Assembly (NCBI RefSeq): GCF_006345805.1
Contig: NC_043012.1
Span: 20,522,001-20,586,000, forward strand
DNA: 64,000 bases
From: Octopus sinensis
Lineage: Eukaryota
Direction of reading: 5' to 3'
Positions within the stretch are counted from its first letter, which is position 1. Each line of letters starts with the position of its first letter. The notes beneath the pieces are model-generated. The model had not been told where the DNA came from and made no database searches. It worked only from the letters and a program-made list of their open reading frames with translations. The position numbers and the translations under genes were made by a program. Positions 39,301 to 55,300 of this stretch are shown piece by piece.

Positions 39301-42300
39301 CTATTTAGTTTATTTATTCTATTTTTAGTTTATCTGTTCTATTTTTAGTTTATTTGTCCTATTTTTGGTTTATTTGTTCTATTTTTAGTTTACTTGTTCT
39401 ATTTTTAGTTGCTGTTCTATTTTTAGTTTATTTGTTCTATTTTTAGTTTATTTGTCCTATTTTTAGTTGCTGTTCTATTTTTAGTTTATTTTTATTCTAT
39501 TTTTTGTTTATTTGTCCTATTTTTAGTTTATTTGTTCTATTTTTAGTTTACTTGTTCTATTTTTAGTTTATTCGTCTATTTTAGCTGCTGTTCTATTTTA
39601 GTTTATTTGTCCTATTTTAGTTTATTTGTTCTATTTTAGTTGCTGTTCTAGTTTTAGTTTATTGGTTATTTTTAGTTTATTTGTTCTATTTTTAGTTTAT
39701 TTGTTCTATTTCTAGTTTCTTTCTTCTGTTTTTAGTTGCTGTTCTATTTAGTTGCTGTTCAATTTGTTCTATTTTTAGTTGCCCTTCTATTTTTAGTTTA
39801 TTTGTTATATTTTTAGTTGCTGTTCTAATTTCAGTTTAATTTGTACTATTTTTAGTTGCTCTTCTATTTTTAGTTTATTTGTTCTAATTTTAGTTGCTGT
39901 TCTATTTTCAGTTTATTTGTTCTATTTCTAGGTGCTGTCCTATTTTTAGTTGCTGTTCTATTTTTACTTTATTTGTTCTATTTTTAGTTTATTTGTCCTA
40001 TTTTTCGTTTATATATTCTATTTTTAGTTTATATGTTCTATTTTTAGTTGCTGTTCTATTTTTAGTTTATTTCTTCTATTTTTAATTTATGTCCTCTTTT
40101 AGTTGCTGTTCTATTTTTAGTTTATTTATTCTATTTTTAGTTTATCTGTTCTATTTTTAGTTTATTTGTCCTATTTTTAGTTTATTTGTTCTATTTTTAG
40201 TTTACTTGTTCTATTTTTAGTTTATTTGTTGTTTTTAGTTGCTGTTCTATTTTTAGTTTATTTGTTCTATTTTTAGTTGCACAACTATTTTTAGTTTATT
40301 TGTTCTATTCTTAATTTATTTGTTCTATTTTTAGTTTAGTTGTTCTATTTTTAGTTTATTTGTTCTATTTATAGTTTATTTGTCCTATTTTTAGTTTATT
40401 TGTTCTATTTTTAGTTGCTGTGCTATTTTTAGTTTATTTGTTCTATTTTTAGTTGCTGTTCTATTTTTTGTTTATTTGTCCTACTTTTAGTTTATTTCTT
40501 CTATTTTTAGTTTATTTGTCCTATTTTTAGTTGCTGGTCTATTTTTAGTTTATTTTTTCTATTTTTAGTTGCTGTTCTATTTTTAGTTTATTTGCTCTAT
40601 TTTTAGTTGCTCTTCTTTTTTTAGTTGCTGTTCTATTTTTTGTTTATTTGTCCTATTTTTAGTTTATTTCTTCTATATTTACTCTATTTGTTCTATTTTT
40701 AGTTGCTGTTCTATATTTAGTTTATTTGTTCTATTTTTAGTTGCTCTTCTATTTTTTGTTTTTTTGTTCTAATTTTAGTTTATTTGTTCTATTTTTAGTT
40801 TATTTATTCTATTTTTAGTTTATTTATCCTATTTTTAGTTGCTGGTCTATTTTTAGTTTATTTCTTCTATTTTTAGTTTATATGTTCTATTTTTATTTTG
40901 TCCATTTTTAGTTAATTTGTTCTATTATAGATTTTAGATTTTATTTTATTGTTCTATTTTTAGTTGCTGTTCTATTTTTAGTTTATTTGTTCTATTTTTA
41001 GGTATTGTTCTATTTTAGTTTATTTGTCCTATTTTTAGTTGCTGGTCTTTTTTAGCTTATTTTGTCTATTTTTAGTTGTTGTTCTATTTTTAGTTTATTT
41101 GTCCTATTTTTAGTGGCTGTTCTATTTTTAGTTTATTTGTTCTATTTTTAGTTGCTGTTCTATTTTTAGTTTATTTGCCAAATTTTTAGTTGCTGTTCTT
41201 TTTTTAGTTGCTGTTTTATTTTTAGTTGCTCTTCTATATTTAGTTTATTTGTTCTATTTTTAGTTGCTGTTCTATATATAGTTTATTTGTTCTATTTTTA
41301 GTTGCCGATCTATTTTTAGTTTTTTTGTTCTATTTTTAGTTTATTTGTTCTATTTGTAGTTGCTGTTCTATTTTTCGTTTATTTATCCTATTTTTAGTTG
41401 CTGTTTTATTTTTAGTTTATTTCTTGTATTTTTAGTTTATATGTTCTATTTTTTTTTTTTTTGTCCTATTTTTAGTTAATTTGTTCTATTTATAGATTCT
41501 ATTTATAGATTTTAGATTTTAGTTTATTTGTTCTATTTTTAGTGGCTGTGCTATTTTTACTTTATTTGTTCTATTTTTAGTTGCTGTTCTATTTTTAGTT
41601 ATTTGTTCTATTTTAGTTATTTGTTCTAATTTTCGTATATTTGTAGTTATTTGTAGTTGCCGGTCTATTTTTAATAATATTTGTACTATTTTTAGTTGCT
41701 GTTCTACTTTTAGTTTATTTGTTCTATTTTTAGATTAATTGTCTATTTAGGTTATTTGTTCTATTTTTAGTTTATTTCTTCTATTCTTAGTTATGTTCTA
41801 TTTTTAGTTGTTTTTTTATTTTTAGTTTATTTGTTCTATTTTAGTTTATTGTCCTACTTTTATTTTATTTGTGCTATTTTTAATTATTTGTTATATTTTT
41901 AGTATATTTGTTCTATTTTTAGTTTATTTGTTCCTATTGTTAGTTTGTGTCTATTTTTAGTTTATTTCTTCTATTTTTAGTTAATTTTTCTATTTTAGTT
42001 TATTTGTCCTATTTAGGTGCTGTTCTATATATAGTTTATTGTTCTATTTTTAGTTATCTGTTCTATTTTTAGTTATATGTCTTATTTTTAGTTTATTTGT
42101 TCATTTTAGTTTATTTGTCCTATTTTAGTTTATTTGTTCTATTTTTAGTTTATTTGTCCTATTTTTAGTTTATTTTTCTATTTTTAGGTTACTGTTCTAT
42201 TTTTAGTTTATTTCCTATTTTAGTTGCTGTTCTATTTGAGTTATTTGTCCTATTTTTTAGTTTTTTTGTTGTATTTTAGTTTACTTGTTCTATTTTAGTT

Positions 42301-43897
42301 AATTTGTCTTATTTTAGTTTATTTGTTCTGTTTTTAGTTATTTCCTATTTTTAGTAGCAGTTATATTTTTGGTCTATTGTTCTATTTTTGTTATTGTTCT
42401 ATTTTCAGTTGCTTCTATTTTTCGTTTATTGTTCTATCTAGTTTATTTGTTCTATTTTAGTTTATTTGTTCCATTTTAGTTTATTTGTTCTATTTTAGTT
42501 TATTTGTCCTATTATAGTTGCTGTTCTATTTTTAGTTTCTTTGTTCTATTTTAGTTGCTGTTCTATTTTTAGTTATTATTCTCTTTTTGTTTATTTGTTC
42601 TATATTTAGTTCATTTGTTCTATTTAGTATTTGTCTATTTTTAGATTATTTGTCCCATTTTCGTCTATTTGTTTTATTATAGAAATTTTATAGATTCTAT
42701 TATAGATTCTATATATAGATTCTATTTATAGTTCTATTTATAGATTCAATTTATAGATTCTATTTATAGATACTATTTATAGATCTCTTTATAGATTATA
42801 TTTATAGATTCTATTTATAGATTCTATTTATAGATTCGATTATAGATTCTATTTATAGATTCTATTATTATTTATTTATTTATTTATTATTTATTTATAT
42901 ATAGATTCTATTAGATTCTATTTATAGATTCTATTATAGATTCTATTTATAGATTTCTATTCTTTATTTATTTATTTAATTTATTATTTATTTATAGATT
43001 CTATTTATAGATTCTATTTATTTATTTATAGATCTATTTATAGATTCTATTTATAGATACTATTTATAGATTCTATTATAGATTCTATTTATAGATTCTA
43101 TTTATTATAGATTCTATTTATAGATACTATTTATAGATACTATTTATAGATTATATTTATAGATTCTATATATAGATTCTATTTATAGATTCTATTTATT
43201 TATTTATTTATTTATTTTTAGTTGCTGTCCTAATTTTAGTTTATTTGTACTCTTTTTATTTGCTGTTCTATTTTTAGTTTATGTGTTCTATTTTTAGTTT
43301 ATTTGTTCTATTTTTAGTTTACTGGTTCGATTTTTAGTTTATTTGTTCTATTTTTAGTTTATATGTTCTATTTTTAGTTGCTGTTCCATTTTTAGTTTAT
43401 TTGTTCTATTTTTAGTTTATTTGTTCTATTTTTAGTTGCTGTTCTATTTTTAGTTTATTTGTCCTATTTTCAGTTTATTTGTTCCATTTTTAGTTTATTT
43501 GTTCTATTTTTAGTTTATTGTCCTATTTATAGTTGCTGTTCTATTTTTAGTTTCTTTGTTCTATTTTTAGTTGCTGTTCTATTTTTAGTTTATTTATTCT
43601 ATTTTTAGTTTATTTGTTCTATATTTAGTTCATTTGTTCTATTTTTAGTTTATTTGTCCTATTTTTAGATTATTTGTCCCATTTTTCGTCTATTTGTTTT
43701 ATTTATAGAATCTATTTATAGATTCTATTTATAGATTCTATATATAGATTCTATTTATAGATTCTATTTATAGATTCAATTTATAGATTCTATTTATAGA
43801 TACTATTTATAGATACTCTTTATAGATTATATTTATAGATTCTATTTATAGATTCTATTTATAGATTCGATTTATAGATTCTATTTATAGATTCTAT

Positions 43898-43928
<31 letters not shown>

Positions 43929-43994
43929 TATATAGATTCTATTTATAGATTCTATTTATAGATTCTATTTATAGATTCTATTTATAGATTCTAT

Positions 43995-44029
<35 letters not shown>

Positions 44030-47000
44030 TAGATTCTATTTATAGATTCTATTTATTTATTTATAGATTCTATTTATAGATTCTATTTATAGATACTATT
44101 TATAGATTCTATTTATAGATTCTATTTATAGATTCTATTTATAGATTCTATGTATAGATAATATTTATAGATCCTATTTATTTATATAGAATATAACTAT
44201 TTTTAGTTGCTGTTCTATTTTTAGTTTATTTGTTCTATTTTTAGTTGCTGTCCTAATTTTAGTTTATTTGTACTCTTTTTATTTGCTGTTCTATTTTTAG
44301 TTTATGTGTTCTATTTTTTGTTTATTTGTTCTATTTTTAGTTTATTTGTTCTATTCTTAGTTTATTTGTTCTATTTTTAGTTTTTTTGTTGTATTTTTAG
44401 TTTACTTGTTCTATTTTTAGTTGCTGTTCCATTTTTAGTTTATTTGTTCTATTTTTAGTTTATTTGTTCTATTTTTAGTTGCTGTTCTATTTTTAGTTTA
44501 TTTGTCCTATTTTCAGTTTATTTGTTCCATTTTTAGTTTATTTGTTCTATTTTTAGTTTATTTGTTCTATTTTTAGTTGCTATTCTATTTTTAGTTTATT
44601 TCTTCTATATTTAGTTTATTTGTTCTATTTTTAGTGGCTGTTCTAATTTTAGTTTATTTGTTCTATTTTTAGTTGCTGTCCTATTTTCAATTTATTTGTC
44701 CTATTTTTAGATTATTTATTCTATTTTTAGTTTATTTGTTCTATTTTTAGTTTATTTGTTCTATTTTTAGTTTATTGTTCTCTTTTTAGTTGCTGTTCTA
44801 TTTTTAGTTTATTTGTTCTATTTTTTGTTTATTTGTTCTATTTTTAGTTTATTTGTTCTATTTTTACTTTATTTCTTCTTTTTTTAGTTGTTTTTTCTAT
44901 TTTTGGTTTATTTGTTCTATTTTTAGTTGCTCTTCTATTTTTAGTTCATTTGTTCTATTTTTAGTTGCTGTTCTATTTTTAGTTTATTTGTTCTATTTTT
45001 AGTTGCTAATCTATTTTTAGTTTAAATAGTTCTATGCTTAGTTGCTGTTCTATTTTTAGTTTATTTGTTCTATTTTTAGTTTATTTGTCCTACTTTTAGT
45101 TTATTTGTCCTATTTTTAATTTATTTTTTCTATTTTTAGTTTATTTGTTCTATTTTTAGTTTATTTGTCCTATTGTTAGTTGCTGTCCTATTTTTAGTTT
45201 ATTTCTTCTATTTTTAGTTTAATTTTTCTATTTTTAGTTTATTTGTCCTATTTTAGTTGCTGTTCTATTTATAGTTTATTTGTTCTATTTTTAGTTTATC
45301 TGTTCTATTTTTAGTTTATATGTCTTATTTTTAGTTTATTTGTTCTATTTTTAGTTTATTTGTCCTATTTTTAGTTTATTTGTTCTATTTTTAGTTTATT
45401 TGTCCTATTTTTAGTTTATTTTTTCTATTTTTAGTTTACTTGTTCTATTTTTAGTTTATTTCTCCTATTTTTAGTTGCTGTTCTATTTTTAGTTTATTTG
45501 TCCTATTTTTAGTTTATTTGTTGTATTTTTAGTTTACTTGTTCTATTTTTAGTTAATTTGTTCTATTTTTAGTTTATTTGTGCTGTTTTTAGTTTAACTG
45601 TCCTATTTTTAGTTGCTGTCCTATTTTTCGTTTATTTGTTCTATTCTTAGTTTATTTGTTCTATTTTTAGTTTATTTGTTCCATTTTTAGTTTATTTGTT
45701 CTATTTTTAGTTTATTTGTCCTATTTATAGATGCTGTTCTATTTTTAGTTTATTTGTTCTATTTTTAGTTGCTGTTCTATTTTTAGTTTATTTATTCTAT
45801 TTTTAGTTTATTTGTTCTATTTTTAGTTTATTTCTCCCATTTTTAGTTTATTTGTCCTATTTTAAAATTATTTGTCCCATTTTTCGTGTATTTGTTCTAT
45901 TTATAGATTCTATTTATAGATTCTATTTATAGATTCTATATATAGATTCTATTTATTGATTCAATTTATAGATTCTAGTTTTTTATTTATTTATTTATTT
46001 ATTTATAGATTCTATTTATAGATTCTATTTATAGATTCTATTTATAGATACAATTTATAGACTCTATTTATAGATTCTATTTATAGATTCTATTTATAGA
46101 TTCGATTTATAGATTCTATTTATAGATTCTATTTATTTATTTATTTATTTATTTTTTTATTTATAGATTCTATTTATAGATTCTATTTATAGATTCTATT
46201 TATAGATTCTATTTATAGATTCTATTTATAGATTCTATTTATAGATTCTATTTAAGATTCTATTTATTTATTTTTTTATTTATTATTTATTTATTTATTA
46301 TAGATTCTATTTATAGATTCTATTTATAGATTCTATTTATAGATTCTATTTATTTATTTATTTTTTTATTTATTTATAGATTCTATTTATAGATTCTGTT
46401 TATAGATACTATTTATAGATTCTATTTATAGATTCTATTTATAGATTCTATTTATAGATTCTATGTATAGATACTATTTATAGATCCTATTTATTTATAT
46501 AGAATATAACTATTTTTATTTGCTGTTCTATTTTTAATTTATTTGTTCTATTTTTAGTTTATTTGTTCTATTTTTAGTTTACTTCTTCGATTTTTAGTTT
46601 ATTTGTTCTATTTTTAGTTTATTTGTTCTATTTTTAGTTGCTGTTCCATTTTTAGTTTATTTGTCCTATTTTCAGTTTATTTGTTCCATTTTTAGTTTAT
46701 TTGTTCTATTTTTAGTTTATTTCTTCTTTTTTTAGTTACTGTTCTATTTTTAGTTTATTTCTTCTATTTTTAGTTTATTTGTTCTATTTTTAGTGGCTGT
46801 TCTAATTTTAGTTTATTTGTTCTATTTTTAGTTGCAGTTCTATTTTCAATTTATTTGTCCTATTTTTAGTTTATTTATTCTATTTTTAGTTTATTTATTC
46901 TATTTTTAGTTTATTTGTTCTATTTTTAGTTGCTGTTCTATTTTTAGTTTATTTGTTCTATTTTTTGTTTATTTGTTCTATTTTTATTTTATTTGTTCTA

Positions 47001-47287
47001 TTTTTAGATTATTTGTTCTATTTTTAGTTGCTCTTCTATTTTTAGTTTATTTGTTCTATTTTTAGTTTATGTGTCCTATTTTAAGTTTATTTGTTCTATT
47101 TTTAGTTTATTTCTTCTATTTTTAGTTTATTTGTTCTATTTTTAGTTGCTGTTCTATTTTTAGTTTATTTGTTCTATTTTTAGTTTATTTGTTCTATTTT
47201 TAGTGGCTGTTCTAATTTTAGTTTATTTGTTCTATTTTTAGTTGCTGTTCTATTTTTATTTTATTTGTCCTATTCTTAGTTTTTTTA

Positions 47288-47943
47288 TAAAAATAGAACA
47301 AATAAACAAAAATAGGATAAATAAACTAAAAATAGAACAGATAAACTAAAAATAGAACAAATAAACTAAAAATTGAACAGCAACAAAAAATAGGACAAAT
47401 AAACTAAAAATAAAACAAATAAACTAAAATTAGAACAAATAAACTAAAAATAGAAGATATAAACTAAAAATAGAATAAATGAACTAAAAATAGGACAAAT
47501 AAAATAAAAATAGAACAGCAACTAAAAATAGAACGAATAAACTAAAATTAGAACAGCCACTAAAAATAGAACAAAAAAACTAAAAATAGAACAAATAAAC
47601 TAAAAATAGAACAGCAACTAAAAATAGAACAAATAAACTAAAAATAGAAGAAATAAACTAAAAATAGAACTTATAAAATAAAAATAGAACAAATAAACTA
47701 AAAATAGAACAAGTAAACTAAAAATAGAACAAATAAACAAACAATAGAACAAATAAACTAAAAAAAGAACAGCAAATAAAAAGAGAACATATAAACTAAA
47801 AATAGAACAGCAACTAAAAATAGTTATATTCTATATAAATAAATAGGATCTATAAATAGTATCTATACATAGAATCTATAAATAGTATCTATAAATAGAA
47901 TCTATAAATAGTATCTTTAAATAGAAACTATAAATAGAATCTA

Positions 47944-47978
<35 letters not shown>

Positions 47979-48710
47979 GTAAATAGAATCAATAAATAGA
48001 ATCAATAAATAGTATCTATACATAGTATCTATAAATAGAATCTATAAATAGAATCTATAAATAGAATCTATAAATAGAATCTATAAATAAATAAATAAAT
48101 AAATAAATAGAATCTATAAATAGAATCTATAAATAGAATCTATAAATAGAATCTATAATTAGTAGCTATTAAATAGAAGCTATAAATAGAAGCTATAAAT
48201 AGAAGCTATAAATAGAAGCCATAAATAGAGGCTATAAATAGAAGCTATAATTAAATAAATAAATAAATAAATAGTATCTATAAATAGAATCTAAAAATAG
48301 AATCTATAAATAGAATCTATAAATAGAATCTATAAATAGAATCTATAAAAAGTATCTATAAATAGACTCTATAAATAGAATCTATAAATAGATTCTATAA
48401 ATAAATAAATGAATAAATAAATAGAATCTATAAATAGAATCTGAAAAAAGAATCTATAAATAGAATCTATAAATAGAATCTATAAATAGAATCTATAAAT
48501 AGAATCTATCATTAGTAGCTATTAAATAGAAGCTATAAATAGAAGCTATAAAAAGAAATATAAATAGAAGCTATAAATAAATAAATAAATAAATGAATAG
48601 TATCTATAAATAGAATCTATAAATAGAATCTATAAATTAAATCTATAAATAGAATCTATAAATAGTATCTACAAATAGAATCTATAAATAGAATCTATAT
48701 ATAGAATCTA

Positions 48711-48741
<31 letters not shown>

Positions 48742-51700
48742 ATAGAATATATAAATAGAATCTAAATAGAATCTATAAATAGAACAAATAAACTAAAAAT
48801 TGAACAAATAAACTAAAAATAGAACAAATAAACTAAAAATAGAACAGCAACTAAAAATAGGACAAATAAACTAAAAATAGAACAAATAAACTAAAAATAG
48901 AACAAATAAACTAAAAATAGAACAAATAAACTAAAAATAGAACAAATAATTTAAAAATAGAAAAGCAACTAAAATAGGACAAATAAACTAAAATAGAACA
49001 AGTAAAATAGAAATAGAACAAATAAACTAAAAATAGGACAAATAAACCAAAAATAGAACAGCAACTAAAAATAGGACAAATAAACTAAAAATAGAACAAG
49101 TAAACTAAAAATAGAACAAATAAACTAAAAATAGGACAAATAAACTAAAAATAGAACAAATAAACTAAAAATAGAACAGCAACTAAAAATAGGACAAATA
49201 AACTAAAAATAGAACAAATAAACTAAAAATAGAACATCAACTAAAAATAGAACATATAAACTAAAAATAGAACAGCAACTAAAAATAGAACAAATAAACT
49301 AAAAATAGAAAAAATAAACTAAAAATAGGACAAATAAACTAGAAATAGGACAAATAAACTAAAAATAGAGGAAATAAACTAAAAGGAGAACAAATAAACT
49401 AAAAATAGAACAGCAACTAAAATAGAACAAATTAACTAAAAATAGAACAGCAACTATAAATAGAACAAAATAAACTAAAAATAGAACAAATAAACTAAAA
49501 ATAGAACAAATAAACTAAAAAAAGGACAAATAAACTAAAAATAGGATGAATAAACTAAAAAAAGAACAAATAAACAAAAAATAGAACAAATAAACTAAGA
49601 GTAGAACAAATGAACTAAAAATAGAACAGCAACTAAAAATAGAACAAATAAACTAAAAATAGAACAGCAACTAAAAATAGAACAAATAAACCAAAAATAG
49701 AACAAATAAATTAAAAATAGAAGAAATAAACTAAAATAGAACAGCAACTAAAATATAACAAATAAACTAAAAATAGAACAGAAACTAAAATAGAACAAAT
49801 AACTAAAAATAGAACAAATACACTAAAAATAGAACAGAAACTAAAGATAGAAAAAATAAACTAAAAATAGAACAGCAACTAAAAATAACAAATAAACTAA
49901 AAATAGAACAAATAAACTAAAAATAGGACAAATAAACTAAAAATAGAACAAATAAAGAACAATAGAACAGCAACTAAAAATAGAACAGCAACTAGAAATA
50001 GAACAAATAAACTAAAAATAGAACAGCAACTAAAAATAGAACAAATAAACTAAAAATAGAACAGCAACTAATAATAGAACAATTTAAACTAAAAAATAGA
50101 TTAGCAACTAAAAATAGAACAAAATAAACTAAAAATAGAACAGCAACTAAAAATAGAACAAATAAACTAAAAATAGAATAAATAAACTAAAAATAGAACA
50201 AATAAACTAAAAATAGAACAGCAACTAAAAATAGAACGAATAAACTAAAAATAGAACAGCAACAAAAAATAGGACAAATAAACTAAAAATAGAACAAATA
50301 AACTAAAAATAGAACAAATAAACTGAAAATAGAACAGCAACTAAATATAGGACAAATAATCTAAAAATAGAACAAATAAACTAAAAACAGAATAAATAAA
50401 CTAAAAATAGGACAAATAAATTGAAAATAGATCAGCAACTAAAAATAGAACAAATAAGCTAAAATTAGAACAGCCACTAAAAATAGAACAAATAAACTAA
50501 AAATAGAACAAATAAACTAAAAATAGGACAAATAAACTGAAAACAGAACAAATAAACTATAAATAGAAGAGCAACTAAAAATAGAACAAATAAACTAAAA
50601 ATAGAATAAATAAACTTAATATAGAACAAATAAACTTAAAATAGGACAAATAAACTAAAAATAGAACAAATAAATTAAAAATAGAAGAAATAAACTAAAA
50701 ATAGAACAGCAACTAAAAATAGAACAAATAAAATAAAAATAGAACAGAAACTAAAATAGAACAAATAAACTAAAAATAGAACAAATACACTAAAAATAGA
50801 ACAGAAACTAAAGATAGAAAAAATAAACTAAAAATAGAACAGCAACTAAAAATAGAACAAATAAACTAAAAATAGAACAAATAAACTAAAAATAGGACAA
50901 ATAAACTAAAAATAGAACAAATAAAGAACAATAGAAGAGCAACTAAAAATAGAACAGCAACTAGAAATAGAACAAATAAACAAAAAATAGAACAGCAACT
51001 AAAAATAGAACAAATAAACTAAAAATAGAACAGCAACTAATAATAGAACAATTTAAACTAAAAATAGATTAGCAACTAAAAATAGAACAAATAAACTAAA
51101 CTAAAAATAGAACAGCAACTAAAAATAGAACAAATAAACTAAAAATAGAATAAATAAACTAAAAATAGAACAAATAAACTAAAAATAGAACAAATAAACT
51201 AAAAATAGAACAAATAAACTGAAAATAGAACAGCAACTAAAAATAGGACAAATAATCTAAAAATAGAACAAATAAACTAAAAACAGAATAAATAAACTAA
51301 AAATAGGACAAATAAATTGAAAATAGATCAGCAACTAAAAATAGAACAAATAAACTAAAATTAGAACAGCCACTAAAAATAGAACAAATAAACTAAAAAT
51401 AGAACAAATAAACTAAAAATAGGACAAATAAACTGAAAATAGAACAAATAAACTATTAATAGAAGAGCAACTAAAAATAGAACAAATAAACTAAAATAGA
51501 ATAAATAAACTAAATATAGAACAAATAAACTTAAAATAGGACAAATAAACTAAAAATAGACCAGCAACTAAAAATAGAACAAATAAACTAAAAATAGAAC
51601 AAATAAACTAAAAATCGAACAAGTAAACTAAAAATAGAACAAATAAACTAAAAATCGAACAAGTAAACTAAAAATGTAACAGCAACGAAAAATAGAACAA

Positions 51701-52155
51701 ATAAACTAAAAATAGAACAGCAAATAAAAAGAGAACAAATAAACTAAAATTAGAACAGCAACTAAAAATAGAACAAATAAACTAAAAATAGAACAGCAAC
51801 AAAAAATAGTTATATTCTACATAAATAAATAGGAGCTATAAATAGTATCTATACATAGAATCTATAAATAGAATCTATAGATAGAATCTATAAATAGAAT
51901 CTATAAATAGTATCTATAAATAGAATCTATAAATAGAATCTATATATAAATAAATAAATAAATAAATAGAATCTATAAATTGTATCTATAAATGGAATCT
52001 ATGAATAGAATCTATAAAAAAATTTTAAAAAAAATAAATAAATAGAATCTATAAATAGAATCTATTAATAGAATCTATAATTAGTAGCTATTAAATAGAA
52101 GCTATAAATAGAAGCTATAAATAGAAGCCATAAATAAAGCTATAAATAGAAGCTA

Positions 52156-52186
<31 letters not shown>

Positions 52187-52362
52187 ATATATAGTATCTA
52201 TAAATAGAATCTATACATAGAATCTATAAATAGAATCTCTAATAGAATCTATAAATAGTATCTATAAATAGAATCTGTAAATAGAATCTATTAATAGAAT
52301 CTATAAATAAATAAATAAATAAATAAATAGAATCTATAAATAGAATCTATAAATAGATTCTA

Positions 52363-52393
<31 letters not shown>

Positions 52394-55300
52394 ATAGAAT
52401 CTATAAATAGAATCTATAAATAGAATCTATAAATAGAATCTATCATTAGTAGCTATCAAATAGAAGCTATAAATGGAAGCTATAAATAGAAGCTATAAAT
52501 AGAAGCTATAAATAGAACTATAAATAGAAGCTATAAATAAATAAATAAATAAATAGTATCTATAAATAGAATCTAAAAATAGAATCTATCAATAGAATCT
52601 AAAAATAGAATCTATAAATAGAATCTATAAATAAAACAAATAAACTAAAAATAGGACAAATAAACTAAAAATAGAACAAATAAACTAAAAATAGAACAAA
52701 TAAACTAAAAATAGATCAAATAAACTAAAGATAGAACAAATAAACTAATAATAGAACAAATAAACTAATAATAGAACAGCAACTAAATATAGGACAAATA
52801 AACTAAAAATAGAACAAATAAACTAAAAATAGAAGAAAATAAGCTAAAAATAGAACAAATAATCTAAAAATAGAACAGCAACTAAAAACTGGACAAATAA
52901 ACTAAAAATAGAACAAGTAAAGTAAAAATAGAACAAAGAAACTAAAAATAGGACAAATAAACTAATAATAGAACAGCAACTAAAAATAGGATAATTTAAC
53001 TAAAAATAGAACAAGTAAACTAAAAATAGAACAAATAAACTAAAAATAGGACAAATAATCTAAAAATAGAACAAATAAACTAATAATAGAACAGCAACTA
53101 AAAATAGGACAAAGAAACTAAAAATAGAACAAATAAACTAAAAATAGAACAGCAACTAAAAATAGAACAAATAAACTATAAATAGAACAAATAATCTAAA
53201 AATAGAACAGCAACTTAAAATAGGACAAATAAACTAAATATAGAACAAATAAACTAAAAATTGAACAAATAAACTAAAAATAGAACAGCAACTAAAAATA
53301 GGATAAAAAAACTAAAAATAGAACAAATAAACTAAAAATAGAACAAATAAACTAAAAATAGAACAAATAAACTAAAAATAGAATAAATAAACTAAAAATA
53401 GGACAAATAAAATTAAAATTAGAACAGCAACTAAAAATAGAACAAATAAACTAAAATTAGAACAGCCACTAAAAATAGAACAAAAATACTAAAAATAGAA
53501 CAAATAAACTAAAAATAGAACAGCAACTAAAAATAGAACAATTAAACTAAAAATAGAAGAAATAAACTAAAAATAGAAAAAATAAACTAAAAATAGGACA
53601 AATAAACTAAAAATAGAACAAATAAGCTAAAAATAGAAGAGCAACTAAAAATAGAACAAATAAACTACAAATAGAACAAATAAAATAAAAATAGAAAAAA
53701 TAAACTAAAAATAGAACAGCAACTAAAAATAGAACAAATAAACAAAAAATAGAAGAGCAACTAAAAATAGAACAAATAAACTAAAAATAGAACAGCAACT
53801 AAAAATAGAAGAAATAAACTAAAAATAGAACAAATAAACTAAAAATAGAACAAATAAACTAAAAATAGAACAAATAAACTAAAAATAGAACAGCAACTAA
53901 AAATTGAACAAATAAACTAAAAATAGAACAGCAACAAAAAATAGGACAAATAAACTAAAAATAGAACAAATAAACTAAAAATAGAACAAATAAACTAAAA
54001 ATAGAACAGCAACTGAAAATAGGACAAATAAACTAAAAATAGAACAAATAAACAAAAATAGAATAAATAAACTAAAAATAGGACAAATAAATTGAAAATA
54101 GAACAGCCAATAAAAATAGAACAAATAAAATAAAAATAGAACAGATAAACAAAAATAGAACAGCAACTAAAAATAGAACAAATAAACTAAAAATAGAACA
54201 AATAAACTAAAAATAGAACAAATAAACTAAAAATAGAATAAATAAACTAAAAATAGGACAAATATAATAAAAATAGAACAGCAACTAAAAATAGAACAAA
54301 TAAACTAAAATTAGAATAGCCACTAAAAATAGAACAAATAAACTAAAAATAGAACAGCAACTAAAAATAGAACAAACAAACTATAAATAGAAGAAATAAA
54401 CTAAAAATAGAACCAATAAACTAAAAATAGGAGAAATAAACTAAAAATAGAACAAATAAACTAAAAATAGAAGAGCAACTAAAAATAGAACAAATAAACT
54501 AAAAATAGGACAAATAAACTAAAATTAGAACAAATAAACTAAAAATAGAACAGCAACTAAATCTAGAACAATTTAAACTAAAAATAGATTAGCAACTAAA
54601 AATAGAACAAATAAACTAAAAATAGAAGAGCAACTAAAAATAGAACAAATAAACTATAAATAGAACAGCAACTAAAAATACAAGAAATAAACTAAAAATA
54701 GAACAAATAAACTAAAAATAGAACAAATAAACTAAAAATAGAACATCAACTAAAAATAGAACAAAGAAACTAAAAATAGAACAGCAACAAAAAATGGGAC
54801 AAATAAACTAAAAATAGAACAAATAAACTAAAAATAGAACAAAGAAACTAAAAATAGAACAGCAACTAAAAATAGGACAAATAAACTAAAAATAGAACAG
54901 CAACTAAAAATAGAACAATTAAACTAAAAATAGAAGAAATAAACTAAAAATAGAAAAAATAAACTAAAAATAGGACAAATAAACTAAAAAAGAACAAATA
55001 AGCTAAAAATAGAAGAGCAACTAAAAATAGAACAAATAAACTACAAATAGAACAATAAACTAAAAATAAACAATAAACTAAAATAGAACAGCAACTAAAA
55101 ATAGAACTAATAAACAAAAAATAGAAGAGCAACTAAAAATAGAACAAATAAACTAAAAATAGAACAGCAACTAAAAATAGAAGAAATAAACTAAAAATAG
55201 AACAAATAAACTAAAATAGAACAAATAAACTAAAATAGAACAAATAAACTAAAAATAGAACAGCAACTAAAAATAGAACAAATAACTAAAAATAGAACAG

